A stretch of DNA of 64,000 nt from sequence record MG592456.1. The stretch is one strand, 5' to 3'. A program made the position numbers and the translations under genes. Shown here in pieces: positions 20,464-30,687 of this stretch (position 1 is its first letter; each line of letters starts with the position of its first letter). A model generated the notes under the pieces. It had not been told where the DNA came from. It searched no databases and saw only the letters and a program-made list of their open reading frames with translations.

Positions 20464-20873
20464 ACTATACCACTCTCAATTTTTCTATTATCAATTATGT
20501 GTTTAATTGTGAAGCCCATTTGACTAATGCCTTTCAGTGCCTCTTCAGTGAACGATAAAACGTCCTTCACATGAGTATACAAAGCAATTTGCGTCTGTAA
20601 AGTAGGATCACCCGCAAGTGCAAATTTCATTTCACTCTTTTCAACGATGTAGTCGCAAACCTCGTCATCATGTTTTCCGCTGTAGTACATCCAACGATCC
20701 GTTCGAGTTCGCTCCATTTTTAATTCTGCTTTAAGCAGCAGCTTTCGTGCATCTGCTCGATAACAAAGCCATTTACCGTGTAATACGGGAATGTTAATAG
20801 CTGCTAGCTCAATCTTTGTCGTGTCAATTTTTACGTCTTCTTTGTATTCTCGTTTCAAATCTTCTAGATTCAT
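20460..20873 (-). CDS. uvsY: Recombination mediator UvsY
   Basis: MNLEDLKREYKEDVKID...LHGKWL...WMYYSGK...GFTIKHIIDNRKIESG. Confidence 0.9.
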   Translation of the reverse strand: MNLEDLKREYKEDVKIDTTKIELAAINIPVLHGKWLCYRADARKLLLKAELKMERTRTDRWMYYSGKHDDEVCDYIVEKSEMKFALAGDPTLQTQIALYTHVKDVLSFTEEALKGISQMGFTIKHIIDNRKIESGIV

Positions 20874-20892
20874 ATGTACCTCGCTGATGTGA

Positions 20893-20921
20893 AGTATATA
20901 TACTCATCGGCATTATGTAAA
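20893..20921 (-). promoter_or_regulatory. Sigma70-type promoter TTTACA-17-TATACT for uvsY
   Basis: Near-consensus elements with 17-bp spacing. Confidence 0.75.
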
Positions 20922-20932
20922 CATCAATTTCT

Positions 20933-20986
20933 CTAATATTTCTAATTTCACTAAGAATACTAAAATCACTAATTCAACTAAGATGA
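20933..20986. repeat. Six phased 9-bp repeats (CTAAnnnnn), iteron-like
   Basis: CTAA begins at 20933, 20942, 20951, 20960, 20969 and 20978. Confidence 0.85.
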
Positions 20987-21043
20987 GACGGAATTTTTCC
21001 GCCTCGGATTATCCTGCCGCTTCGCTTGGTTTCTTCTAGACAT

Positions 21044-21065
21044 AAAAAAAGCCCTTTCGGGCTTT
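21044..21065 (-). terminator. Intrinsic terminator after gene 35
   Basis: Minus strand reads AAAGCCC-gaaa-GGGCTTTTTTT. Confidence 0.8.
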
Positions 21066-21067
21066 AA

Positions 21068-23755
21068 TTACTTCAATACAAAATCAATTGCAGTTAATTT
21101 GTCTTCGAACATACTAGCAACAAGCACTTCAGACACAATAGGCAAAGCCCAAGATGTTTTTGAAGATGATATGCTACCTTCGTCTCGAAATCTCAGATTC
21201 AAAGTTTTGGAATCAGATCTCCAACGATACATTCCTGTACTGTTGTTTGCTACACCAACCCCTTTCGTAAGTCGTTCTGAATCTTCGAAGTTAACAGCAC
21301 CGAAGTATTCGTCAAACTTAGCTTCAAACGCTTGATGTTGCTCATTAGTCCAGTGATGTGGCAATATGAAATTACTCAACAACACCCACTGATTTGTATA
21401 ACTCGCTGCACTATTGAGTGAATCTTGCGTGATATATGTTGTTGTCGCAGCACCAGTTGAAGTCACTAGTGTATCATATACCCCACTCGCGTCTTTAACC
21501 CGAGAACTGAACTGAAGTGATCCGGCATCTTTACTAGACGCATTAACCCACATAGAAACGAAATACGGTCTAGACGGATCGATTGTAATGCCATCCAATT
21601 CTATCATACTTTGTGTCCCGCTAACGTTCGTCACTGACTTTTCAGTCCCTGTTAGTACGTGAGTACCCCAGTTGACGTTATCAGCTTCAAATTGCGGCAT
21701 ATCGATTGCATTGTACAAGTTCGAGTCCGAATCATACGCAGATTTCCAACTAACGTCATCAACTGCATTACCTGCAATCGGTGAGTTGATCAGATTAGCG
21801 ACAGCTACCCCATTCGACGACGTTTTCAGTGTATTTCCGACTGGGACAGAAAACCCAGCTCGATACAGTTGTGCGTACTCAAAGTAAGCCTGAGTTCCAT
21901 TCGTCCATACGGCACATTGTGTTGTGCCAGTTGGTACACTGGCAAATATTTCGTATGTTTGCATCAACTCAACTGAGTCGACTGTAATAACCTCACGGGA
22001 AATTTCAACATTTCCGCCATTGTAAAAAATCAGCGTAGCCCATGTGGCTCCTGCGTCTTTTTGGGCTTGACTCACGCACATTCTCACTTTGTATAGCAAA
22101 AACTGTCCATCTTTTACATCAAGCGGTATTCTTGTATTATCCAGATCGGACGTTTGTGTCGTCTCTACAATCGCAGTACCGTATCCATTCGATCCGATAT
22201 CATCAATGCTGTTAAACGTGATGTTGATTTCAGAATCCCCATCTAGTGGATCATCAAATGTACAACGATCTGTAACAATACCCAGTGCGCCATGCCCGAA
22301 TGCACAATAACTGTAGCTGTACTTTGAAAAATAATCAGTACCACGCCATTCAACTGGATTGAATTGTGCCATTGCAGCGTCTACAGCCGAATCGCTGTAT
22401 ACCGACCCGTTCGACACTAGAATAAACGCTTCATCATCCGCAATTGCGTTCAGTTTATTGATAAAGTTGCTTCGCTCTGCTGATTGAGTCAGTTGATACG
22501 AGTTTGCATACGTAATCATACCCATGTTATTAACAATAGCAAAAAACATATCTGAATTAACTTTCGGCTCAGGCGTGAATGCATTATTGCCATTAGCCGT
22601 CGTAAATGCTAGATTAGGACTACCGTTTGCCACCCCGCGAATTTGCAGATTTAATAAGTTATTCGAACCCTCTTTGAATAATCGAGATTCTAGCTCATAA
22701 TCGCCAACGATCATACTCATGGGAGCGTATACCCACAACTCAACGAGTTTCGTATTCACTCCGGGTCCGGGTATCCACGGAGACCCCCCGTTGAATGTAT
22801 GAGCACCAATTGCCCACCACCACGCTGCTGTGTTAACTGACCCATCAGCTAGAGTATAGTGACCTGTGTCGAATTCTAATCCACCCCATCCCGACGCTGT
22901 GGATTCAATTGAAATCGCCTCGTAACCTCTAACACCACCGGAAAACGTAGCGTAATCGCCCGGATAGTTCTTAATCAACGGTGCTGAACTGATGATCATG
23001 TTCGTCACCCATCGACGAGTTCCGAACGTTGGTACGGTGGCGGCTGTTGACGTATATCCCAAATACCACTGGAAATCCTCGGTTGTGCTTAGAGTATTCG
23101 GCGTCGTGATTCTTATATAACGTCGCTGCCAGCGAATCCCATCTAGTATGATATCATTCCCAGACGATTCAAATACTTGACCTTGTCCTTCCGTTTGCAC
23201 CGGGTTATCGTCCCCGTCCCAAATACGAGAGTGAAACACCCATCCATCATCAGCGTCGAATGATTGATCTTCGTATGCAACCCATGCAGAAATGGTATAA
23301 GTTGTATTTGGTTTGAATCGAGAATTCGGGACTGATAGTGTATACTGATTGCCACCAGTTGTGATATTATTCTGCTCAAGAACAAAATCCGAAGAACCTG
23401 GATTTTCTTTCTCTATTATCTGCCAAACGCCGCTAGACGTTGTGCGTTCGACAACATCTAACCCGCCAGCAAGATTACCATTGATCAATATCTGATCTGT
23501 TTGCTCCGACGCAAAGTTGTTACTCTGCTTCCAGATATTTGTTATATTTTCATTCGGGTAATGAAGCTTGAATTGGAACTTGCCGTCTTCACGGCGAAAT
23601 TCCTCAAGTCCATTTAACGCACTGAATTTAGCCTCGATGTCGGGATCTGTACCGACACTTCTAGCTTCAGCATCAGAGGAGAACAAGTCCCCTCCCGATG
23701 AATCGTGGCGAAATATCAGTAGATAATCGCCTTCACGTTTAAGTCTTTCGTACAT
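21068..23755 (-). CDS. 35: Long tail fibre hinge connector, gp35-like, with large N-terminal extension
   Basis: Directly downstream of gene 34; ILEI/PANDER-like segment (FINKLNAIADDEAFILVSNG...YSYCAFG); extra beta-sandwich domains. Confidence 0.65.
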   Translation of the reverse strand: MYERLKREGDYLLIFRHDSSGGDLFSSDAEARSVGTDPDIEAKFSALNGLEEFRREDGKFQFKLHYPNENITNIWKQSNNFASEQTDQILINGNLAGGLDVVERTTSSGVWQIIEKENPGSSDFVLEQNNITTGGNQYTLSVPNSRFKPNTTYTISAWVAYEDQSFDADDGWVFHSRIWDGDDNPVQTEGQGQVFESSGNDIILDGIRWQRRYIRITTPNTLSTTEDFQWYLGYTSTAATVPTFGTRRWVTNMIISSAPLIKNYPGDYATFSGGVRGYEAISIESTASGWGGLEFDTGHYTLADGSVNTAAWWWAIGAHTFNGGSPWIPGPGVNTKLVELWVYAPMSMIVGDYELESRLFKEGSNNLLNLQIRGVANGSPNLAFTTANGNNAFTPEPKVNSDMFFAIVNNMGMITYANSYQLTQSAERSNFINKLNAIADDEAFILVSNGSVYSDSAVDAAMAQFNPVEWRGTDYFSKYSYSYCAFGHGALGIVTDRCTFDDPLDGDSEINITFNSIDDIGSNGYGTAIVETTQTSDLDNTRIPLDVKDGQFLLYKVRMCVSQAQKDAGATWATLIFYNGGNVEISREVITVDSVELMQTYEIFASVPTGTTQCAVWTNGTQAYFEYAQLYRAGFSVPVGNTLKTSSNGVAVANLINSPIAGNAVDDVSWKSAYDSDSNLYNAIDMPQFEADNVNWGTHVLTGTEKSVTNVSGTQSMIELDGITIDPSRPYFVSMWVNASSKDAGSLQFSSRVKDASGVYDTLVTSTGAATTTYITQDSLNSAASYTNQWVLLSNFILPHHWTNEQHQAFEAKFDEYFGAVNFEDSERLTKGVGVANNSTGMYRWRSDSKTLNLRFRDEGSISSSKTSWALPIVSEVLVASMFEDKLTAIDFVLK

Positions 23756-23764
23756 AAGTCACCC

Positions 23765-26700
23765 TTAAATCGCATGACCGAAAGTGAATTCCATCACACC
23801 TTGATTGCTCGTTGACATTCTTACAGTGCCAACTTGAATATAGTCTCTGTATTTAACACTCTCACCCGTACCGCCATCTGGCGTGAACAAATCGATTCGT
23901 TCAGACAGAACTTTACCTGCCCCTGCTGACAATGCAGAATGCGGGTCGCCGAGATTAACTGGGTCACTCGTACGAACATCAGATGTTACTTGAACGATAC
24001 CTTGATTCGAACGACTTGCTTTGCGCAAGCGATCATTATTGACTGTACCGCTAGTGATATTCTCACCGGTGTGGTTGTGACTATTGTCTGCCACTGTCAC
24101 CGTAATCGTTTTGTTTGCAGTCCCATCAATCGATGTAGACCCGCTAACATCACCTGCAAGTGTCAGTGTTCTTGCCGTAGCCCATTTGCTAGCTGATACA
24201 GCGTTATTACTAATACCCAAGTACTTGGTACGCAATGATCCCGTTCCGGGTGATGCACCGTTTGCACTCGATTCGTTCTCGACAATCGCTCCCGTAACTT
24301 GAACACCCGTTTCTTGAGTTGACATTTTCAGTACTTTATTGTGATACAAATCAGTAGCACCATGCGTCTGAACGACGAAGGTATCGTCTGATCCACTATA
24401 AATCCTGAATTTAGCATCAACCCCGTAATTGCGAATAAACATGTCGTTGGTGTTTGCGTTAGATAATTGCCAGTAATTGGCGTTATCACTGCTGTACATT
24501 CGGACATTTTCAGCATTACGGAACGAATAAGTCCCATTGATATTCTGGGCAATATCTCTACGCGCAAACTGCGTGCTGTCTAACCCGTCTAGCAAGTCTG
24601 AATCATCTGCTTTTGCATTCAAAGGCAAATAATTGCGTAATGCATAGTTCAACCCGTATGGAGTAACTGCATACGTGTTACGCTCGTACTCTGTGTAAGC
24701 TTGAGTAGAACCGACAGTGCTGTTACCAACCCATGTATCTGCGGCTGATGAGTTCTGTACAGTACCGTATAATGCTTCACTTGCGCGAGAATTACTTGCA
24801 TATCGCGTCCAGTGTTGCAAAGTGGCCGGAGTCACGATTGTGTCGGTTGAAGTTCCATCGTTTATTTCAGCGGAAGTCGCAATTTCCGCAATACCAGCAA
24901 GCGTTTCAGTCGCACGTCTTGCATTCAGCTTGGCAGGTGTGATGATATGAATATCAGATCCACCCGTGTTGGCGTTTGCTTCAGCTTGCGTTGCTACTTC
25001 AAGAGTACCACGTTGAGTTTCAGTTGCAACTGCGATTTTGAAGTCGACGCCACTCCAGATATCACCTGTATGAGCAATACCATCTGTAGACCAACCATCC
25101 CCAGCGGCAACCCCGTCACTTGTGAAGTGGTCATAACTCAGCCAAGTTTCAAACTTCGCTGGAGTTAGAATGCGAGTATCGTCCGTACCTGCGTCAGTTT
25201 CCGTCTGTGTTGCAATTTCAGCTACACCGCGACGACCTTCTTGAGCACTTCGGTTGTGCAATGTTTCAGGAGTTACAAACACATTGTTCCAGCTTTCGCC
25301 CGTGCCCGTAATCGCATTGGTTTCCGTCTGAGTTGCATGACGAGAAATACCACGAATTGATGAACTTGCTTTCCACGCTGCTAATTTCATAGGCGTGATG
25401 ATAGCGTCATCTACAGTTGAATCGTTGACGCGAAGTTCGGTTGATTTAGCAACCCACAACGTACCGGGTTGATCTTCAGTCGCGCGATATTCGTCAAGCA
25501 TTTTCGGTGTAACAAATCGCAAATGGTCATCGGCATCATATACAGTATCATTCACCCCGTTTAACGTACGGTCGGTACGCATATTATCAGTGCTTGATAC
25601 CGTTCCATCAGCCGCAATGTTGTTTGACGCCTTGGTCAGTTTACCTACACCTGTTAGATCCTCTTCCGCTTGTGCAGCATGAAACTTTTTAGGTGTCACG
25701 ATGTGTGTATCAAGCGTTAAGCTACGAGTTTCCGTCTGTGTTGCAATTTCAGCTACACCGCGACGTGTTTCTGTAGCAGTACGGTCGTTCAATGTAGCTG
25801 GCGTTACGATTAAATCGTCGCGATGCGCACCACTTGTTCCTAATTGAACTTCGGCTGTAGTAGCAGTACGAGCCATACCCACTTGAGTTTCATTAGCACG
25901 ACGAGCGTCTAATGTTTCAACTGTGATTACATTGTCTTTCAGTGGGTTTTGATTCGCCCATGATTGACCTGCGTCTTCTGCATGTGCGTATTCAATTCCG
26001 TGAGCCAGTGCTTCAGTTGGGCTAGCTAATGGAACAATACCCGGGCGTTTACGATGAGTTTCGTCTGCAATATCGATTCGTGAAGAAACATTCACAAATG
26101 ACCATACTTTTCTGTCACCGTCGTACACTAATCCGAATGAATATGCAGTGTCGTCGCCAGCAATCGTAATCGAATCGTTAAATTCATCTGTCTGTGCTGC
26201 ATATACTGAATATTTGTTCATGCGTAAGTCGGACAAGTTCATTAAGATCTTGTATTCGTCCGCGCCTGCGCCAGTATCATCGTCACCGAAATCTGGGTGT
26301 ACTCTAATCGTTACATCTTTGTCGGCAGTTAGCTCGTTTGAGAAGTCAATCCAATCTCCTGCAACGGGTTTAACCGGCAGTGTAATTGTAAGTGAACTGA
26401 TCGCACTATCTATCTCAATCGCATAGCGTTTTCGTGATTTGACGAATATAGAAGACGAGCTTCCGATTGTGTTAATCAGGTGTGGGTTAGAAGATACACG
26501 AAGAATCCATACCAATACGCCGCCGTCATCTATTAGAATAAATTCACCCGATCCGATGTTATCAAGTGATAAGTCATCGAGATCTGCACCTGTAAACGGG
26601 TGGCGAATTTTCTGATTCACACTTAGTGGGTTTGTTCGTAGATAAACAGTTGTTTTGTCTGTTAAGAACATCGCGTCGTTAATTGTAAACGAGTCACCAA

Positions 26701-27436
26701 CACGGGGAACCAATGGCATTGAGATTGCAAACGGCTTCGCAGTCCCGTCAAATGTAATTATTTCGCCAACACTTGCGTTATAACCACCATTCGATATATA
26801 GCTACCTTGCTGTGACGAGTGACCGTCGTCTAGGTATGTTTCATATACGTCTTGGTGTAGCTGAAACGTCCATGCAATTCCGTTGAAGACCAAGTACAGC
26901 GTACTTGCAGGTCGATTGAATAACAATGATCCTGATGACGTAACCGAACCCGTTATGTCGTACTCTCGAATACTAAGGCCGCCCGTGGCAACGATTGTTG
27001 CTGGGTAAGTTGATAATACGCCTCTGCCGTCCATCAACGTAACAGTATCACCTGTGACTGGATTTTCCGGTAATGTGATATCGATTTCAGCCGTAGCTGT
27101 TAAGAATAAAAAATCACCTATATTCGCGCCAATTGAAGTATCTACGTTTTCCCACTCGGGGTCGGTACGCATGTTTCTCCATTTCTGTTTATCAAACGGC
27201 TCGGCTACGGAAATAGGGGTTATGTTTTTGTATAGACGCTGATTGTACTCAACGATGAAATCCAATGGATACACGTTGCGTGTTTCGTCATACTCTTGAA
27301 CTGTGTTCTTTTCAATAAAGTAGCCAAGATTGACACCATCGCCAAACTCTCCGACGCGCGGATCTGCTACATTTATTACGTTCTGACCACTCGCATCAAG
27401 ACCTGACGCACGAAACGCTCTGCGGAATTCAGTCAT
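23765..27436 (-). CDS. 34: Long tail fibre proximal subunit
   Basis: MTEFRRAFRASGLDASGQNVINVADP N-terminus; repeated ATETRRGVAEIATQTE / IVTP.KL units; GGAG RBS; CTAAATA late promoter at 27476-27482 (minus strand). Confidence 0.9.
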   Translation of the reverse strand: MTEFRRAFRASGLDASGQNVINVADPRVGEFGDGVNLGYFIEKNTVQEYDETRNVYPLDFIVEYNQRLYKNITPISVAEPFDKQKWRNMRTDPEWENVDTSIGANIGDFLFLTATAEIDITLPENPVTGDTVTLMDGRGVLSTYPATIVATGGLSIREYDITGSVTSSGSLLFNRPASTLYLVFNGIAWTFQLHQDVYETYLDDGHSSQQGSYISNGGYNASVGEIITFDGTAKPFAISMPLVPRVGDSFTINDAMFLTDKTTVYLRTNPLSVNQKIRHPFTGADLDDLSLDNIGSGEFILIDDGGVLVWILRVSSNPHLINTIGSSSSIFVKSRKRYAIEIDSAISSLTITLPVKPVAGDWIDFSNELTADKDVTIRVHPDFGDDDTGAGADEYKILMNLSDLRMNKYSVYAAQTDEFNDSITIAGDDTAYSFGLVYDGDRKVWSFVNVSSRIDIADETHRKRPGIVPLASPTEALAHGIEYAHAEDAGQSWANQNPLKDNVITVETLDARRANETQVGMARTATTAEVQLGTSGAHRDDLIVTPATLNDRTATETRRGVAEIATQTETRSLTLDTHIVTPKKFHAAQAEEDLTGVGKLTKASNNIAADGTVSSTDNMRTDRTLNGVNDTVYDADDHLRFVTPKMLDEYRATEDQPGTLWVAKSTELRVNDSTVDDAIITPMKLAAWKASSSIRGISRHATQTETNAITGTGESWNNVFVTPETLHNRSAQEGRRGVAEIATQTETDAGTDDTRILTPAKFETWLSYDHFTSDGVAAGDGWSTDGIAHTGDIWSGVDFKIAVATETQRGTLEVATQAEANANTGGSDIHIITPAKLNARRATETLAGIAEIATSAEINDGTSTDTIVTPATLQHWTRYASNSRASEALYGTVQNSSAADTWVGNSTVGSTQAYTEYERNTYAVTPYGLNYALRNYLPLNAKADDSDLLDGLDSTQFARRDIAQNINGTYSFRNAENVRMYSSDNANYWQLSNANTNDMFIRNYGVDAKFRIYSGSDDTFVVQTHGATDLYHNKVLKMSTQETGVQVTGAIVENESSANGASPGTGSLRTKYLGISNNAVSASKWATARTLTLAGDVSGSTSIDGTANKTITVTVADNSHNHTGENITSGTVNNDRLRKASRSNQGIVQVTSDVRTSDPVNLGDPHSALSAGAGKVLSERIDLFTPDGGTGESVKYRDYIQVGTVRMSTSNQGVMEFTFGHAI
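25197..25765. repeat. Identical 38-bp direct repeat pair (25197-25234 and 25728-25765) inside gene 34
   Basis: GTTTCCGTCTGTGTTGCAATTTCAGCTACACCGCGACG occurs twice, 531 bp apart. Confidence 0.9.
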
Positions 27437-27511
27437 TTCATTGCTCCTTTGTTTAATATGCAATTCTGTATGTTATATTTAGACGCATGATAACTACATA
27501 GGAAAAGGCAC

Positions 27512-28447
27512 ATGAGCAACTTAGAAGGGTTTTTCAAACGAAAGACGAAAGTTCAAGACGGGATGCCGACAGGAGTTAACTTAGTCGACTTCAGCCAAAT
27601 CGTTTTGAGTACTATTATGGCTACTTACAAACCGGGCGACTTATTAACAGTTGATTTGATTCGTCACATTGTATTGAACACACTTCGCGCTAACGTTTCG
27701 AAAAACAAATTACGATACCCTTGCATTATATTGTGTTTCGATAATGGTGAGGGTGGCTACTGGAGAAAGAAAGCTGCTTGGTACTATAAGCACAATCGAA
27801 AAGGCGAACGGGATAAGTCAGAGTGGGACTTTACAGTCATATTTGAAGCGATGTCCATCATTAAGCAAGAAATCAAAGATAACATGCCATACCGCGTAAT
27901 GGACATCATGGGTGTTGAAGCTGATGATCATATCGGTGTGCTAACGAAATATTATGTCGAACATAACGTACCGGTTCTTATCACTTCATCGGACGGTGAC
28001 TTCACACAGTTGCATACAAGCAAGCTTGTGCGTCAATGGTCGCCTATTATGCGGAAGTGGGTAAAGCCAAAACATGGCTCTCCTGAAATGGACATTATGT
28101 TCAAATGTATTAAAGGAGATAAGAAAGATGGTATCGCGCCATTGAAAGCTCCTAATGATCATTATACTCACGGTGACGGTCGTAGAGCACCTGCGGTTCG
28201 AGCAGAAGAGCTTCGAACTTTGATGACTTCTACACAAGAAGAGTTGAAAAACTTGCTAACTGATGAGCAATGGTTGCGTTACGTTGAGAATCGAAGTTTG
28301 TTAGATTTTGAGTATATCCCTACTGATATCAGTGATAGTATACTTGAACAGTTTAAAGAGCAGAAACCAGCGGCTCGCGGCAAAATGCTTATGTATTTTG
28401 GGTCTAAGAAGTTAGATAGTTTAGTCCCGTTGATGAGCGACTTTTAA
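27512..28447 (+). CDS. rnh: T4-type RNase H (5'-3' exonuclease, FEN family)
   Basis: LVDFSQI, LCFDN, GVEADDHIG, SSDGDFTQL, KGDKKDGI. Confidence 0.95.
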   Translation: MSNLEGFFKRKTKVQDGMPTGVNLVDFSQIVLSTIMATYKPGDLLTVDLIRHIVLNTLRANVSKNKLRYPCIILCFDNGEGGYWRKKAAWYYKHNRKGERDKSEWDFTVIFEAMSIIKQEIKDNMPYRVMDIMGVEADDHIGVLTKYYVEHNVPVLITSSDGDFTQLHTSKLVRQWSPIMRKWVKPKHGSPEMDIMFKCIKGDKKDGIAPLKAPNDHYTHGDGRRAPAVRAEELRTLMTSTQEELKNLLTDEQWLRYVENRSLLDFEYIPTDISDSILEQFKEQKPAARGKMLMYFGSKKLDSLVPLMSDF

Positions 28448-28534
28448 TTATAAAAATGTTTAGAATGTTTAGTGCTGCGATATAATAGCAGCACGAAACG
28501 AGAACGACTTGAACAAAACATATTGAGGTAAAAA

Positions 28535-28795
28535 ATGGAAATCGAAACAATTTCAACTCCGCAAGACAAAACTGAAGTCATTAACATGGTCAAAGAAGCT
28601 TCTACATGTTTGCTTCGGATGGATTCTGAGCGTGATTTGCTGAAAGAAATCGCTGCACGGGCAAAGGAAGAATTTGAAATCAAGCCTGCGGATTTTAATA
28701 AAGTCGTGAAGATGTACCACAAACAAAACCGTCACGAAGAACAAGAAAAGCACCAAAAAATTGACGGTCTATACGAGAAACTATTTGATGATTAG
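28535..28795 (+). CDS. dsbA: Double-stranded DNA binding protein DsbA
   Basis: MVKEAS...AKEEFEIKPADFNKVVKMYHKQNR; position between rnh and 33. Confidence 0.85.
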   Translation: MEIETISTPQDKTEVINMVKEASTCLLRMDSERDLLKEIAARAKEEFEIKPADFNKVVKMYHKQNRHEEQEKHQKIDGLYEKLFDD

Positions 28796-29078
28796 TGATT
28801 ACGTTATAAAAGAAGAGCTAGGTGAGCTTGTACCGCCTATTAAAGGCAGCTTACGACAGAAAATTTCTCTTGAAATTGAAGAAATTTACAATAGTTGCCC
28901 CACTATTACGTATCTAGAGGCGTGTTTATTTTTTATTGAGCAATATGATTATGACATCAGTCGTTTTCCGTATTTGATCAATCAAACGCTGAAAGATAAA
29001 ATTGAGACTGAGGCGATAAATGAAAAGACTATTAGAAGTCGATTTGGTTCTGCCTCGGACTTGGGTGAGTGGGTTTAG
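28788..29078 (+). CDS. 33: Late transcription co-activator gp33
   Basis: SLEIEEIY...TYLEACLFFIE...LKDKIETEAINEK; synteny. Confidence 0.8.
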   Translation: MISDYVIKEELGELVPPIKGSLRQKISLEIEEIYNSCPTITYLEACLFFIEQYDYDISRFPYLINQTLKDKIETEAINEKTIRSRFGSASDLGEWV

Positions 29079-29667
29079 CATATTCCGTACGTATTGCGCT
29101 GTAAAGGCGCATATGAGTGGCAAATATGACATTTCGAAGTACAAGCTTGCCATGAAGACACGCGAGTCAGCGTATGAAAAGCGCTCTGATAAGGTGTTCT
29201 TCGAGCGCCTTGCTAAACGCCATACCCTGAATGATTGCTATCAGTTGCTGGTGAGCAATCTGGCAGCAAATCCAAATGCAATCTCTTATGAGATAGCAGG
29301 TGCTGATGCTCATGAATTCTGGTTGAAACATACCGGGTTCTTGGAGATTTACAGTCAGCACTATAAGAGTGAATTGCTCACGCTTTTTACTCTTATAAAT
29401 AGCGAGAATAAGAAATTTAAAGACTTGTTTAGAGGCGAGGGGCACCCTGTTATAATGCAACTCGTTTTACGCGGGACTATCTCAATCGAGACGTTCGTGA
29501 TTCTGAACAGATTGTTGAATTTCGTCCCTGTAATCGATAAAGATTACGGTGATGACATTTTCTGGTTTGAGTTTAAGACTCGTGCTTTGGCATACGATAA
29601 GTTGTTGAAAATCGATGATAAACTTGCAAAAGAAATGTTTATTCTCGTTAAAAATCAAGTAAAATAA
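29020..29667 (+). CDS. 59: Helicase loader gp59 (start possibly GTG 29065)
   Basis: KAHMSGKYDISKY, YEKRSDKVFFERLAK, ISIETFVIL. Confidence 0.9.
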   Translation: MKRLLEVDLVLPRTWVSGFSIFRTYCAVKAHMSGKYDISKYKLAMKTRESAYEKRSDKVFFERLAKRHTLNDCYQLLVSNLAANPNAISYEIAGADAHEFWLKHTGFLEIYSQHYKSELLTLFTLINSENKKFKDLFRGEGHPVIMQLVLRGTISIETFVILNRLLNFVPVIDKDYGDDIFWFEFKTRALAYDKLLKIDDKLAKEMFILVKNQVK

Positions 29668-29712
29668 ACACACTATTAAACATTATAATATACGATAAAA
29701 TAAGGTAATACA

Positions 29713-30633
29713 ATGTCACAATTCAAACGTAAATCGCCAGCAATGCTTCAAGAAAAATTAGAAAAAATGACTCAAAAGAAGTCTTTCGACAAATCTGATG
29801 AGTGGAAACTTTCTACTGATAAACTTGGTAATGGCTCTGCTGTGATTCGCTTCTTGCCTGCTAAAAGCGACGACGATCTACCATTCGTAAAAATCTTCAC
29901 TCACGGCTTCAAAGAAAACGGCAACTGGTTCATTGATAACTGTCCGTCTACGATTGATTTGCCTTGCCCAGTTTGTGCCGCTAACGGTGAACTATGGCAG
30001 ACTGAAGACGAAGACAATCAAAACATTGCACGTAAGCGCAAGCGTACACTTTCATACTGGGCTAACATCGTTGTTATTAAAGACGAAGCAGCGCCAGACA
30101 ATGAAGGTAAAGTTTTCAAATACCGTTTCGGGAAGAAAATTCTTGACAAAGTGACTCAAGCTGCACAAGCAGACGACGATCTTGGTGTACCTGGCATGGA
30201 CGTTACCTGTGTGTTCGACGGTGCTAACTTCAGCTTAAAGGCTAAAAAGGTATCTGGGTTCCCTAACTATGACGACTCTAAATTTGGCCCATCTACTGAG
30301 CTTTATGGCGGTGATGAAGCGAAGCTTGGTGCTGTTTGGGAAGAAATGCACGATTTAAACGCAATCGTTGCTCCATCTGCGTTTAAATCTGAAGCAGACT
30401 TGCAGACACGTTTCTTGCAAGTAACTGGTGCTGCGAAGCCTAAAGCAACTGCGGCTCAAAATCTTGAAGCTGAACTAAGCGCAAGTAAAGCCCCAGAAAA
30501 CGCTAACGCTGCAAAGCCAAAGCCACAGGCCAAGCCAGCGGCTGCTCCGATTGAAACTGACACGTCAGATGTTGGTGATTCAGTTGATAGCGAACTGGAC
30601 GAACTTCTAGCTGGACTTGAGTTAGACGACTAA
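29713..30633 (+). CDS. 32: Single-stranded DNA binding protein
   Basis: GNGSAVIRFLP, HGFKENGNWFIDNCPST...CPVC, KYRFGKKI, acidic C-tail. Confidence 0.96.
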   Translation: MSQFKRKSPAMLQEKLEKMTQKKSFDKSDEWKLSTDKLGNGSAVIRFLPAKSDDDLPFVKIFTHGFKENGNWFIDNCPSTIDLPCPVCAANGELWQTEDEDNQNIARKRKRTLSYWANIVVIKDEAAPDNEGKVFKYRFGKKILDKVTQAAQADDDLGVPGMDVTCVFDGANFSLKAKKVSGFPNYDDSKFGPSTELYGGDEAKLGAVWEEMHDLNAIVAPSAFKSEADLQTRFLQVTGAAKPKATAAQNLEAELSASKAPENANAAKPKPQAKPAAAPIETDTSDVGDSVDSELDELLAGLELDD

Positions 30634-30687
30634 CGAATGATAAGGGCTTGCAGAAATGCAAGCCCTTTATTCTCTATGGAGAAAGTA

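Noticed and set aside
20933-20986. CRISPR-like array
   Set aside because: Only a 4-bp conserved core with a 9-bp period; no spacers or cas genes
21022-21043. 21-codon ORF start (MSRRNQAKRQ..., minus strand) after the gene 35 terminator
   Set aside because: The ATG directly follows the terminator U-tract with no RBS; the region is better explained as a structured non-coding element
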